A stretch of DNA of 64,000 nt from an uncultured Candidatus Saccharibacteria bacterium (lineage in GTDB: Bacteria; Patescibacteriota; Minisyncoccia; Phycocordibacterales; JAACPR01). The stretch covers positions 1,709 to 65,708 of the forward strand of contig CAZIEY010000002.1 of the NCBI GenBank assembly GCA_964538855.1, given 5' to 3'. Positions 1 to 9,300 of this stretch are shown one piece after another (the first letter of the stretch is position 1; each line of letters opens with the position of its first letter). The notes beneath the pieces were generated by a model that worked only from the letters and a program-made list of their open reading frames with translations, was not told where the DNA came from and made no database searches. Both the position numbers and the translations under genes were made by a program.

Positions 1-50
1 TACACTGCATAATAAAAACATAGTATACTTATTCCGTAACTACTACACAC

Positions 51-542
51 ATGCGCCTCACATCCACTCTCACAAATCGTTCTGGCCAAGTCTTAGACGT
101 GGTATATAACGACCTCAATAATGAATCAGAATTAGGCGATAAGAAAATTAAGCTGGTTCACGCATATTGTTTTTGTGGCGATAAATTGGTGCTTGTATAT
201 GACGAAGCAAAAAAGTATTGGACTCCACCAGGTGGAGGTGTTGAAGTGGGCGAAGACGTCAGGACTGCCGTCGCACGTGAAGTCAAAGAGGAATCTAATA
301 TGAAAGTTTTGAAACAGCAGATTATCGGGTGCCAAGACGTATTTGAACCTCAAGGTATTTCGTCGCAGACGCGTTCCGTGTGTATTGTCGAACCTTATGG
401 CCCATTTCTCGGCGATCCCGACGGTGACATTACTAAAATTGAATTAATTGACCCCGCCGACTATAAAAAATATTTCAACTGGGGCGAGATTGGCGACCAT
501 ATTATGCGGCGGGCGACGGAGTTGAGGGAGGGAATGAAATAG
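51..542 (+). CDS. NUDIX hydrolase
   Basis: Nudix box GGGVEVGEDVRTAVAREVKEESN (GX5EX7REUXEEXGU) in the translation. Confidence 0.7.
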   Translation: MRLTSTLTNRSGQVLDVVYNDLNNESELGDKKIKLVHAYCFCGDKLVLVYDEAKKYWTPPGGGVEVGEDVRTAVAREVKEESNMKVLKQQIIGCQDVFEPQGISSQTRSVCIVEPYGPFLGDPDGDITKIELIDPADYKKYFNWGEIGDHIMRRATELREGMK

Positions 543-557
543 AGAATTTTAAAATTT

Positions 558-599
558 CTTGAGATTTTCTTTATAAAGATTTTAGACCAAATCCGTATA
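558..599 (+). promoter_or_regulatory. Conserved promoter-like module, copy 1 (aattttaRaatttcttRa..ttttctttataaagattttag-N10-tataATG), -10 abutting the start codon
   Basis: About 45 bp is near-identical to 36690-36735 and 11712-11771. TATAAT overlaps the ATG, so the transcript is likely leaderless. Confidence 0.5.
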
Positions 600-1010
600 A
601 TGGGATGCGTGAATGATTTTGATACTTGGAACAAAAAGAAGAAAGAAATTAGTGCGAGTCTAATCTATAAACACCCAAAAGCTCAAGAAATATGGCATTG
701 TCGTGTCGGTATCAATGTCGGGTGTGAGATATATGGCAAAGGCTCAAATTATGTTCGGCCTGTTTTGGTTATAAATGACGACGGTGAAGATAATTTTATT
801 GGAGTTCCGCTCACATCAAAAATCAAAAATACAAAATATTCACGCGTGATTCGCGAAGAAGGAGGAAAACTCGCTACAGCATTGACGTATCAAATCAGAT
901 CTTTTGATAAAAGGAGACTGATAGAAAAACATAGTACTCTATCAGATGCAGAATTTGATTTGGTATGTCAAACGGTAAAAAGGTTAGTCAATTTAAAACG
1001 ACCCAATTAA
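600..1010 (+). CDS. PemK/MazF-family endoribonuclease toxin-like protein (paralog 1), with no adjacent antitoxin ORF
   Basis: EIWHCRVG...VRPVLVIN...IGVPLTSK...QIRSFDKRRL matches the PemK/MazF pattern (GEIW..RPvlVis..vvvPiTs..qirtiDk.Rl). It is 70% identical to the 36736-37149 ORF. Confidence 0.65.
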   Translation: MGCVNDFDTWNKKKKEISASLIYKHPKAQEIWHCRVGINVGCEIYGKGSNYVRPVLVINDDGEDNFIGVPLTSKIKNTKYSRVIREEGGKLATALTYQIRSFDKRRLIEKHSTLSDAEFDLVCQTVKRLVNLKRPN

Positions 1011-1068
1011 GGGTCGTTGGGCTCTTGCGAGCAAAGATGGCCAATCCATCCTAGAACAATATTATATC
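1001..1068 (+). repeat. Conserved 3' element of three consecutive hairpins (CGACCC-aattaa-GGGTCG spanning the stop codon; GCTC-ttgc-GAGC; GATGG-ccaat-CCATC), copy 1
   Basis: Near-identical to 37135-37205. The first stem differs between copies by compensatory changes (CGACCC/GGGTCG versus ACGACCCC/GGGGTCGT). Confidence 0.5.
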
Positions 1069-1116
1069 AAAAAATTTTTACGAAAGTCAATCCAGCCCGT
1101 ATGATATAATTTTCAT

Positions 1117-1629
1117 ATGAATCCAACATCAGAACCCATTCCAGAGTTCGGCATTAAACGCGACAACGAAGAGAGACGCGACGGCGGTTGTGGCATTGTT
1201 TTTGATCCGACGACGCAATTATTTGCGATCGGCCTCCAACATGCCGACAATGTGCATCGATTATTTTCAGGAGGCGTCGATGCGAACGAAGATTTAAAAG
1301 CCGGCATTCTGCGCGAAGTCGTCGAAGAAAGCGGCTTGCACGATTTTGCATACACCGAAGAAATTGGCAAAGCCTTTGCTCATTATTACAACTCGCTTCG
1401 CAAGGTGAATCGCGTCGCACTCGCAACTTGTTATTTGGTGGTGTTGCGCAGTGCCGATGTGCGGCCTGTGCAATTAGAAGCTCACGAACAATTTTCGCTC
1501 GCGTGGATATCGGGGGATGAATTGCTCGCAGATTGGAAACGCCGCGATACCGACGAGGGATATGGCCACTGGATTTATTTTATGGAAAAGGCGATTGTGC
1601 GCTTGCGTGAGTTGGGGTATGTGAAGTAG
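1117..1629 (+). CDS. NUDIX hydrolase (second paralog)
   Basis: Nudix box GGVDANEDLKAGILREVVEESG. Confidence 0.65.
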   Translation: MNPTSEPIPEFGIKRDNEERRDGGCGIVFDPTTQLFAIGLQHADNVHRLFSGGVDANEDLKAGILREVVEESGLHDFAYTEEIGKAFAHYYNSLRKVNRVALATCYLVVLRSADVRPVQLEAHEQFSLAWISGDELLADWKRRDTDEGYGHWIYFMEKAIVRLRELGYVK

Positions 1630-1641
1630 GGTGGGTGGTTA

Positions 1642-1681
1642 TAGTTAAAGTTGCAGCGGGAAATTTAACTATGAGTTTTTA
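1642..1681 (+). terminator. Hairpin TAGTTAAA-N14-TTTAACTA followed by a T-run; a partial direct repeat tatagttaaagttgc follows
   Basis: 8 bp inverted repeat plus tgagttttta directly after the NUDIX stop. Confidence 0.4.
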
Positions 1682-1749
1682 TAGTTAAAGTTGCCTCGAT
1701 TTTTACTTAAATATCTACATCTTATTTTTAAATCTGGTATAATTTCGGC

Positions 1750-1953
1750 ATGAACCATACTATTAGATGCAAAAATCCAAAATGCGGTAAGATTCTAAAA
1801 AAGATCGGACCTTTTGCTACCGTTAAACCAGAAGGCCAACCAGCTCAGAAATATGACGGTACAGTAACTCTTATTTGCCCAGATCCCGATTGCTCTGAAT
1901 TTAACGTTACAATTAAAGTGCCTGAGAGCGAATATCTCAATATTTTACAATAA
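1750..1953 (+). CDS. Small zinc-ribbon protein resembling phage Mu Com (C-x2-C ... C-x4-C), directly upstream of hsdM
   Basis: IRCKNPKCGKILKK...LICPDPDC resembles Mu Com IRCxxCnKLL. An extended -10 tggtataat lies 9 nt upstream of the ATG. Confidence 0.5.
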   Translation: MNHTIRCKNPKCGKILKKIGPFATVKPEGQPAQKYDGTVTLICPDPDCSEFNVTIKVPESEYLNILQ

Positions 1954-2002
1954 AACAGCTTTACACATGTAAAGTTGCTTTATTTTTTGCATATGCTACC
2001 AT

Positions 2003-3805
2003 GTGGGTATGTCTATCGATAAAACAAAATTTATTACTCCAACTCAACTAGCCAAGATGTTGGGTATTACTCGTGTTGCTGTTCATCAGAAAATTAAAAA
2101 AGGGGACATCAAAGCTGAGAATGTCGGCGATTCATCAAAACCAACTTTCCTAATTCCTAAAGACTCATTACCTGCTGAAATACGCGAACGTATTGAGAAT
2201 GAAAAAAAGAAAATAACTGAAAGTGTGATTGGAAAAAATATTCAACATCACGATCTCAATTTTGAAAAAGAACTATGGGCAGCTGCAGATAAGCTTCGTG
2301 GAAATATCGATGTTTCCGAATATAAAAATATCGTCCTCGGATTACTTTTCTTGAAATATATATCCGACGCTTTCTATAAACGTCGCGAAGAACTTGATGC
2401 GCTAACCCGCGATCAAAAGAACGAAGATTTTTATGTTAAAGATGACAAAGCTCGGGCGCAAATTCTGGAAACAAAAGATTTCTATAAAAGTGCCGGTGTG
2501 TTTTATGTCCCCGAAAAGTCACGATGGGAATATTTGCAAACAAAAACAATGCAATCTGATATTGGCCAGGTGCTTGATAAAGCCATGGATTATATCGAAG
2601 AAGATAACCGAGCTGAACTTGAAGGTGTACTTCCAAAGATTTATACACGAACAACGCTTGATCATTCTGTTATTGGTGAGCTCGTAAATATATTCTCTCG
2701 TATTTCATTCGATCACAACTTTGATCGAGAAAAAGATATTCTCGGACGCATCTACGAATACTTCCTTGGTCAGTTTGCTTCATCTGAAGGAAAACGAGGA
2801 GGCGAATTTTTTACACCTAGATCAATCGTCAAATTACTCGTTGAAATTCTTCAGCCTTACGAAAATGCACGCGTATTAGATCCTGCTTGTGGTAGTGGTG
2901 GGATGTTTGTCGCTATGGGTGAATATCTACGCAATCACAGACAGGATGCATCAAAGCTTGCGATCAATGGGCAAGAAAGTAATCAAACAACACTTCGTCT
3001 TGCAAAGATGAATCTTGCAATTCGAGGACTCTCTGGAAAGATTGAACTCGGAAATACTTATTATCAAGACAAGTTTCCTCACCTGCAGGCAGATTTCGTG
3101 ATTGCAAACCCTCCCTTTAACGGAGAGTGGGAACCATCAAAGCTTTCTGATAATGATCCACGTATCACTCTCGGCACACCACCAAGTGGAAACGCAAACT
3201 TTATGTGGGTGCAACATTTTGCACACCACCTTGCACCAAATGGTTTAGCCGGGTTTGTTATGCCAAACGGAGCACTTGCCGTATCTGGTAAAGAAGGAGA
3301 GCTTCGCAAAAAGCTCATCGAAGAAGATCTTGTTGAGGTAATTATTTCTTGTCCATCAAAGCTTTTCTATAACGTATCTCTTCCCGTATCTTTATGGTTC
3401 TTGGCAAAGAATAAGAGTGGTGACCGTTTCCGAAAACGATCCGGTGAAACATTGTTTATTGATGCTCGAGATACATTCGAACAGATTTCACGTAAGCAGG
3501 TTGTGTTTAATCCAGAACATATAGAGAAAATCTCTAACACCGTGCGTGCGTGGCGTGGAGAAAAGGATGCGGGAAAATACGAAGATGTATCTGGATTCTG
3601 TAAGTCGGCATCTCTAGAGGAGATAAAAAAGAATGGATATGTTCTTACCCCTGGTCGTTATGTTGGACTTGCAGATGTAGAAGACGATGGAATTTCATTT
3701 GAAGAGAAGATGAAAAAACTTTCATCTGAACTTCGGAATGCTTTTGTGAAAGGTCGTGATCTGGAAAAGGAGATTGAGAAGAATTTAAAAGAATTAGGAT
3801 TCTAA
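2003..3805 (+). CDS. hsdM: Type I restriction-modification N6-adenine DNA methyltransferase subunit M with an extra N-terminal HTH (excisionase/AlpA-like) domain of about 85 aa
   Basis: LWAAADKLRG (HsdM_N), the NPPFNG catalytic motif and the FxGxG AdoMet region. N-terminal ITPTQLAKMLGITRVAVHQKIKKGDIKAENVG is HTH-like. Confidence 0.9.
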   Translation: MGMSIDKTKFITPTQLAKMLGITRVAVHQKIKKGDIKAENVGDSSKPTFLIPKDSLPAEIRERIENEKKKITESVIGKNIQHHDLNFEKELWAAADKLRGNIDVSEYKNIVLGLLFLKYISDAFYKRREELDALTRDQKNEDFYVKDDKARAQILETKDFYKSAGVFYVPEKSRWEYLQTKTMQSDIGQVLDKAMDYIEEDNRAELEGVLPKIYTRTTLDHSVIGELVNIFSRISFDHNFDREKDILGRIYEYFLGQFASSEGKRGGEFFTPRSIVKLLVEILQPYENARVLDPACGSGGMFVAMGEYLRNHRQDASKLAINGQESNQTTLRLAKMNLAIRGLSGKIELGNTYYQDKFPHLQADFVIANPPFNGEWEPSKLSDNDPRITLGTPPSGNANFMWVQHFAHHLAPNGLAGFVMPNGALAVSGKEGELRKKLIEEDLVEVIISCPSKLFYNVSLPVSLWFLAKNKSGDRFRKRSGETLFIDARDTFEQISRKQVVFNPEHIEKISNTVRAWRGEKDAGKYEDVSGFCKSASLEEIKKNGYVLTPGRYVGLADVEDDGISFEEKMKKLSSELRNAFVKGRDLEKEIEKNLKELGF

Positions 3806-3812
3806 AAATATT

Positions 3813-4622
3813 ATGAAAGAAAATACATTTGAAACAATTAAAAGGGTGGATGATAACGGTAAAGAATACTGGGCATCTAGGGATCTTGCTAAAGTTTTAG
3901 AATATAGTGATTACCGTAATTTTTTAGGCGTTATTGACAAGGCGAAAATTGCTTGTGAAAACAGTGGCGTGGTTATCCACAAGCATTTCGTCGAAGCCAA
4001 CGAAATGGTTCCTATTGGATCTGGTGCGGAAAGGATGACAGATACTGTGCATCTCTCTCGCTATGCATGCTATCTTATTGTACAAAATTCTGACCCTACA
4101 AAAGTTGTCGTTGCAAAGGGTCAGACTTATTTTGCAATTCAAACTCATCGGCAAGAAAAGACAGATAGTTTAGCTGAGGATAATAATCGAGTCTTCTTGC
4201 GCGAAGAAATGAAGAAACATAATACTGGTTTAATGCAAACTGCATCACTGGCAGGGGTTGAAAGCTTCGCCATCTTTCAGAATGCTGGTTATAAAGGTTT
4301 GTACGGTGGACGTACTATGCAAGATATCCATACTGAAAAGAAATTGACTAAATCACAAAAGATTCTTGATCATATGAATAGTGAGGAACTAGCTGCAAAT
4401 CTATTTCGTGCCACGCAAACAGATGCAAAAATAAAACGTGAAAATATAAAAGGACAAGGAAATGCAAATCTTGCGCACTATGAAGTTGGACAGAAGGTTC
4501 GTAACACTATCGCTAACCTTGGTGGAACCATGCCAGAAGATCTTCCTACTCCTGATGCTATTGGAAAAGCTCAAACGAGGATAAAGAAGTCAAAAAACAA
4601 GAAACTTACTGATGGGAAATAG
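3813..4622 (+). CDS. DinD-like (DNA-damage-inducible protein D, Bro-N domain) protein, embedded between hsdM and hsdS
   Basis: FETIKRVDDNGKEYWASRDLAKVLEYSDYRNFLGVIDKAKIACENSG...VHLSRYACYLIVQNSDPTKVVVAKGQTYFAIQTHRQE aligns closely with E. coli DinD. Confidence 0.7.
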   Translation: MKENTFETIKRVDDNGKEYWASRDLAKVLEYSDYRNFLGVIDKAKIACENSGVVIHKHFVEANEMVPIGSGAERMTDTVHLSRYACYLIVQNSDPTKVVVAKGQTYFAIQTHRQEKTDSLAEDNNRVFLREEMKKHNTGLMQTASLAGVESFAIFQNAGYKGLYGGRTMQDIHTEKKLTKSQKILDHMNSEELAANLFRATQTDAKIKRENIKGQGNANLAHYEVGQKVRNTIANLGGTMPEDLPTPDAIGKAQTRIKKSKNKKLTDGK

Positions 4623-4631
4623 AAAGCCAAT

Positions 4632-5732
4632 ATGAGTAAATTAATAGAACAAATAAATAAAGAAAAAAGAGAAATGACTCTAGGCGATGTTGTTACTTTT
4701 CATCGAGGTTATGACTTACCTTTAAATGAAATAAAACCAGGTTCATATCCTGTTGTTTTTTCTAATGGACGAAGAGAAAACCATGCTGAGTTTAAAGTTA
4801 CGGGCCCGGGAGTATTTACTGGGCGTAGTGGATCTTTGGGTGGTATTTTTTATGTTGAAGAAAATTATTGGCCCCACAACACAACTCTCTATGTAAGTAA
4901 TTTTCACGGTAATGATCCAAAGTATTGCTACTATTTTTTGTCGTCATTTGATTTCGCAAAATTTAATGCAGGTACTGGTGTTCCTACTTTAAATAGAAAT
5001 CACATTCACGGAATACCTGTAAAAATACCAGATCTTCCAACTCAAAAGAAAATTGCTGAAATCTTGAGTGCGTACGATGCAAAGATTGAGAATAATAATC
5101 TTATCATTAAGAAACTTGAAGCGACCGCTCAAACGTTATTCGACGAATGGTTCATAAACTTTCGATTCCCTGGATACGAGAAGGTGAAATTTGTTGATAG
5201 TGAAATGGGAGAAATCCCCGAGGGATGGGAAGTTTTAAAACTTGGCGATATTTTTGATATTAAATATGGCAAGAATTTGCCGACCTCAAAAATAAGTAAA
5301 GAAGGTAATTTTCCAGTTTACGGCGCTGGCGGAGTTATAGGTTTTTATGAAAAGAAAAATGTTGATGAAAAAGTGATTTTGATTACATGTAGAGGTAATG
5401 GTAGTGGAACTATATGGAGAACAAATGGAGAAGGTTTTGTTACAAATAATTCATTTATGATCCTGCCTAAGAAGAATTTTAATTACTTTAATTTCATATC
5501 TATATATTTTTTATTTAAGAACAGTAATGTTTCTGCGGCGTTGTCTGGGTCAGCACAGCCACAAATAACGATAGATGGATTAAGTCCTATTCAAACTATA
5601 TTTCCTGATAGAAATTTATTAGAGTCTTTTCAAAAATTGACAACAGTTATGTTTGATTTAACGGATGAGTTACTTGAAGAAAACATTTCTTTAAGGTTGC
5701 AGAGAGATCAATTATTAGCAAAATTAATTTAA
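4632..5732 (+). CDS. hsdS: Type I restriction-modification specificity subunit S (two target-recognition domains)
   Basis: Two TRD-like halves separated by the conserved coiled region (KIAEILSAYDAKIENNNLIIKKLEATAQTLFDEWF). Operon context. Confidence 0.85.
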   Translation: MSKLIEQINKEKREMTLGDVVTFHRGYDLPLNEIKPGSYPVVFSNGRRENHAEFKVTGPGVFTGRSGSLGGIFYVEENYWPHNTTLYVSNFHGNDPKYCYYFLSSFDFAKFNAGTGVPTLNRNHIHGIPVKIPDLPTQKKIAEILSAYDAKIENNNLIIKKLEATAQTLFDEWFINFRFPGYEKVKFVDSEMGEIPEGWEVLKLGDIFDIKYGKNLPTSKISKEGNFPVYGAGGVIGFYEKKNVDEKVILITCRGNGSGTIWRTNGEGFVTNNSFMILPKKNFNYFNFISIYFLFKNSNVSAALSGSAQPQITIDGLSPIQTIFPDRNLLESFQKLTTVMFDLTDELLEENISLRLQRDQLLAKLI

Positions 5733-5736
5733 ATAT

Positions 5737-6348
5737 ATGACGAATATTGAAATAATATTAAAATTCACAGAATTATTACTTGCATGGCCAGTAACCGCTT
5801 TAGTTTTAGGTATTGTATTTATACTATATTTTAAAAATGAAATTAAAACTTTATTAAAATCTAAAAAAGTGAAAGTCGGGAATGTTGAATTTGATCAAAC
5901 CCTACAATCAGAAGAAGTTGAAGATAAAACTTCTAAAGATATAGAGCAGCCAGTAAATGGGCAGTATTTTTCTGATGAGCAAATTTCTCAACTAGGCCAA
6001 ACTATAAATAATCTTGAAAATGATTCAACACAAAAAAACCAAAAAATAAATGAACTTACAGCACTAGCTGTTCAATTAAATGAAAGAGCAGAAACATTTG
6101 AATTTTTGTATCTGAATACTTTTTTAGTCATGAATTCAAAAATTGCACTCAAACACTGGTTTAAAGATGGTTCAACCAAAGATTATTTTATGAGTAGTTA
6201 CCCTTTACCGGAAGCAATTGTAGATAAAAACCAAGAATTAAGTGCAATATTTAACGTGCTACTTGTAAATAATCTAATTGAGCAAGTTGGAGAAATATTT
6301 AGAATAAATGAAAAAGGTAAAAAATTCTTAGAAAAGATCGGAATGTAA
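5737..6348 (+). CDS. Hypothetical protein with an N-terminal TM helix, embedded between hsdS and hsdR
   Basis: ORF with 4 nt spacing to both neighbours. N-terminal hydrophobic LLLAWPVTALVLGIVFILYF. No recognisable motif. Confidence 0.5.
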   Translation: MTNIEIILKFTELLLAWPVTALVLGIVFILYFKNEIKTLLKSKKVKVGNVEFDQTLQSEEVEDKTSKDIEQPVNGQYFSDEQISQLGQTINNLENDSTQKNQKINELTALAVQLNERAETFEFLYLNTFLVMNSKIALKHWFKDGSTKDYFMSSYPLPEAIVDKNQELSAIFNVLLVNNLIEQVGEIFRINEKGKKFLEKIGM

Positions 6349-6352
6349 ATTT

Positions 6353-9300
6353 ATGAACCCACTAAACGAAAACAATTTAACAGAGCAATCACTTATCGAA
6401 TGGCTACAAGGTCAGGGCTATGAGTATGTCTACGGTCCAACAATAGCACCAAATCAACCTAACGCGGAGCGCGAGGATTTTCGAGGTGTTGTACTCAAGA
6501 ATCGACTTCTTACTTCTGTACGCCGATTCAACCCACAACTTCCTGCGCTACAAGCAGAACAAGTTGTTGACGATATCGCGGGATATCACAATGCTGATGC
6601 AATGATCGGTAATAAGGAAATGTTCACTCTTATTACTGAAGGGATGAAAAAAACATGGCAAGAGGACGGTATAGAAAAAACAGAAGTTGTTAAGCTTATT
6701 GATTTTGAAAATGTTGAAGCAAACGATTTCTTAGTAACAAATCAGTTTACCGTTCAGGGTGTAGAGAATGTTTGCCGTCTTGATGGTGTTATTTTTGTGA
6801 ATGGTATTCCACTCTCAGTTTTGGAACTCAAAAGTCCCGTGCGTGAAGAAGCTTCAATTGGTCAGGCGTATCGAGATGTGGAGTACTACAAAAAAGAAAT
6901 TCCAAAGATGTTTTTGTATAACCAAGTGCTTTGTTTGTCTGATCTTACAGAAGCTCGACATGGAACAATTTCTTCTTCGTGGGAACGATACGGAACATGG
7001 AAAGGTATGAATTCGGAGATAGATGCTCCAAGCAGTGTTACGGAACTCGAGGTTCTTGCAAAAGGTCTTTTTGATAAAAAACGACTTCTCGACCTCGTTC
7101 AAAACTTCATAGTTTTTGAAGCAGATGGTGACGGTGATGCAGTGACTTACACAAAGAAGATGGCTTTATATCACCAGTACTACGGTGTAAACAAAACAAT
7201 CGATAGCACTGTGCGATCAGTTGGTGGAGAGCAAGATCGAAAGATTGGTGTCTTTTGGCACACACAAGGATCTGGAAAGTCACTCTCAATGGTTTTTTAT
7301 GTGAACAAGACAAAACGTATTCCAGAACTTAAAAGCCCTGCGTATGTTTTTCTCACTGACCGTGAAGATCTAGACGACCAACTCTTTAAGACATTTAGTC
7401 GTACAGGATATAGCACTCTTGCTAAACGAGCATCAAGTATTAAGGATTTGAAAGATAAGCTCACCCATCTTGGAAGTGAACTCATTTTTACCACTATTCA
7501 GAAATTCCAAGATGATCCTGATGCGAATAATGTTTTAAGTGAACGAGAAAATATTATCGTTCTTACTGATGAGGCACACCGAACGCAATACAGTATGCTC
7601 GCAGGTAATGTGAGACAGGCTTTGCCACAAGCAAGCTTTTTGGGTGTGACAGGAACTCCACTTTCAAACCATGATAAAAACACAATGCGTGTTTTCGGTG
7701 ATATTGTGAGTTCATACAAAATCGGACAAGCAGTAAAAGATAAAGCGACTGTGCCGATTTATTATGAAGGTCGCCTTGTTCCACTCCATTTGGCGGATAA
7801 ATTTGTAGACAGTAAGTTAGATGAAATTCTCGGAGAGATTGTGGTGGATGAAAAAGTAAAAGCTCGTAAAGAATGGGCGGTACTTGAAGAAGTTGTTGGT
7901 GCACCAAGTCGTATAAAAGAAATCGCAAGAGACGTTGTCGCTCACTTTAATAATCGCCCAATTAATGGTAAGGCGATGGTTGTTACTATGAGTCGTTCAA
8001 TTGCAGTCGCGATGTATAATGCCATAAAAGAAATTTCAGGAAGTCCGGAATGCGCGGTGATTATTTCTGGTATGGATGATTTTTCTAATCAAATTCAATC
8101 AGAGCATGATGTAAAGAAGCTCGAGAAGAGATTCAAGAAAATTAATGATCCGTTACGTTTGGTGATTGTATGTGATATGTGGCTAACAGGTTTTGATGTG
8201 CCAAATTTACACACGATGTATCTTGATAAGCCTCTTAAAAATCATGGATTAATGCAAGCAATTGCACGTGTAAATAGAGTATATAAAGATAAACCAGGTG
8301 GATTGATTGTGGATTATATTGGTATTGCCGAAAATTTAAAAAAGGCACTTGCTGTGTACGACAGTGATGTACAAAAAGAGGCAATGATTCCATTGGATGA
8401 AGTTATATTTGAAATGAAACAACTTCATGGAGAAGTTGCGTTATATTTTTCAGCAGTCGATTTTATTGGCTGGCGAGCAAAGAAGGGGGTAGAGTTGGTT
8501 GAATTTTTTCAGCACGCACTTAACGAAGTTATTTCCGAGAATGGTCGTTTATCAGATGAACGAAAAATGAGATTCATTGGTTTGGTTTCAAAATTATCTC
8601 GATTGCATGCACTTGTAATGCCTGCCGAACCAGCAATGAGTATTACGGGTGATGTGCGATTCTTCCAATCAATTAGCGAGTCTGTCAGCAAACAGACTTT
8701 TATACCTGGAATTATTTTTCCAGAAGCAACCGAGAGTGCTATCCGTAGTTTGGTGCATGATTCTGTACAAGCTGAAGGTGTGATTGATTTATTTACGAAA
8801 GCAGGAGAAGAGAGAAAAAAAATTTCAATTTTCGATGCGCGTTTTGCTGATGAAATCAATAAGACAAAATATAAAAACTTGGCAATTGACACGATTCGAA
8901 GAATGCTCGATGAGGAGATAAAAGTTCGTTCTCGTGTTAACAAGGCGCGCTATGAGTCTATGCTTACATTACTGACAGAACTTATCGCAAAATACGAAAA
9001 TAATGTGATTAGTTCTGCGGAAATTATTAAACACTTATTACAAGTTGCTGCAGAAATTAAAGAACTCGATAAGGAGAGCGAGGAGTTGGGCTTATCTTCT
9101 GATGAAGTTGTATTTTATGATACTCTTACTAGCGATCCAGAATTAAAAAAAGCAGGAATTGATATTAAAGAGTTCGTGAAAGATCTAACGAAGCGGGTTC
9201 GAAGAGATTTAACTATTGATTGGACTAATAATGAAACGATTAAAGCACGTATTCGTCAAAATGTTCGCCTGCTGATTATTCAAAAAGGTGTATCTGATAT

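Noticed and set aside
558-1070. Type III toxin-antitoxin (ToxIN-like) interpretation of the PemK-like cassette
   Set aside because: Type III antitoxin RNAs are tandem repeats located between the promoter and the toxin. Here the promoter abuts the start codon and the structured RNA is downstream and non-repetitive.
1640-1990. TAAAGTTGC occurring three times (1647, 1687, 1971) as a possible operator for the com-like gene
   Set aside because: Two copies are part of a terminator-like hairpin and partial duplication, and the third is in another terminator-like hairpin. It is too short and AT-rich to call a binding site with confidence. It is mentioned under the hsdM finding only.
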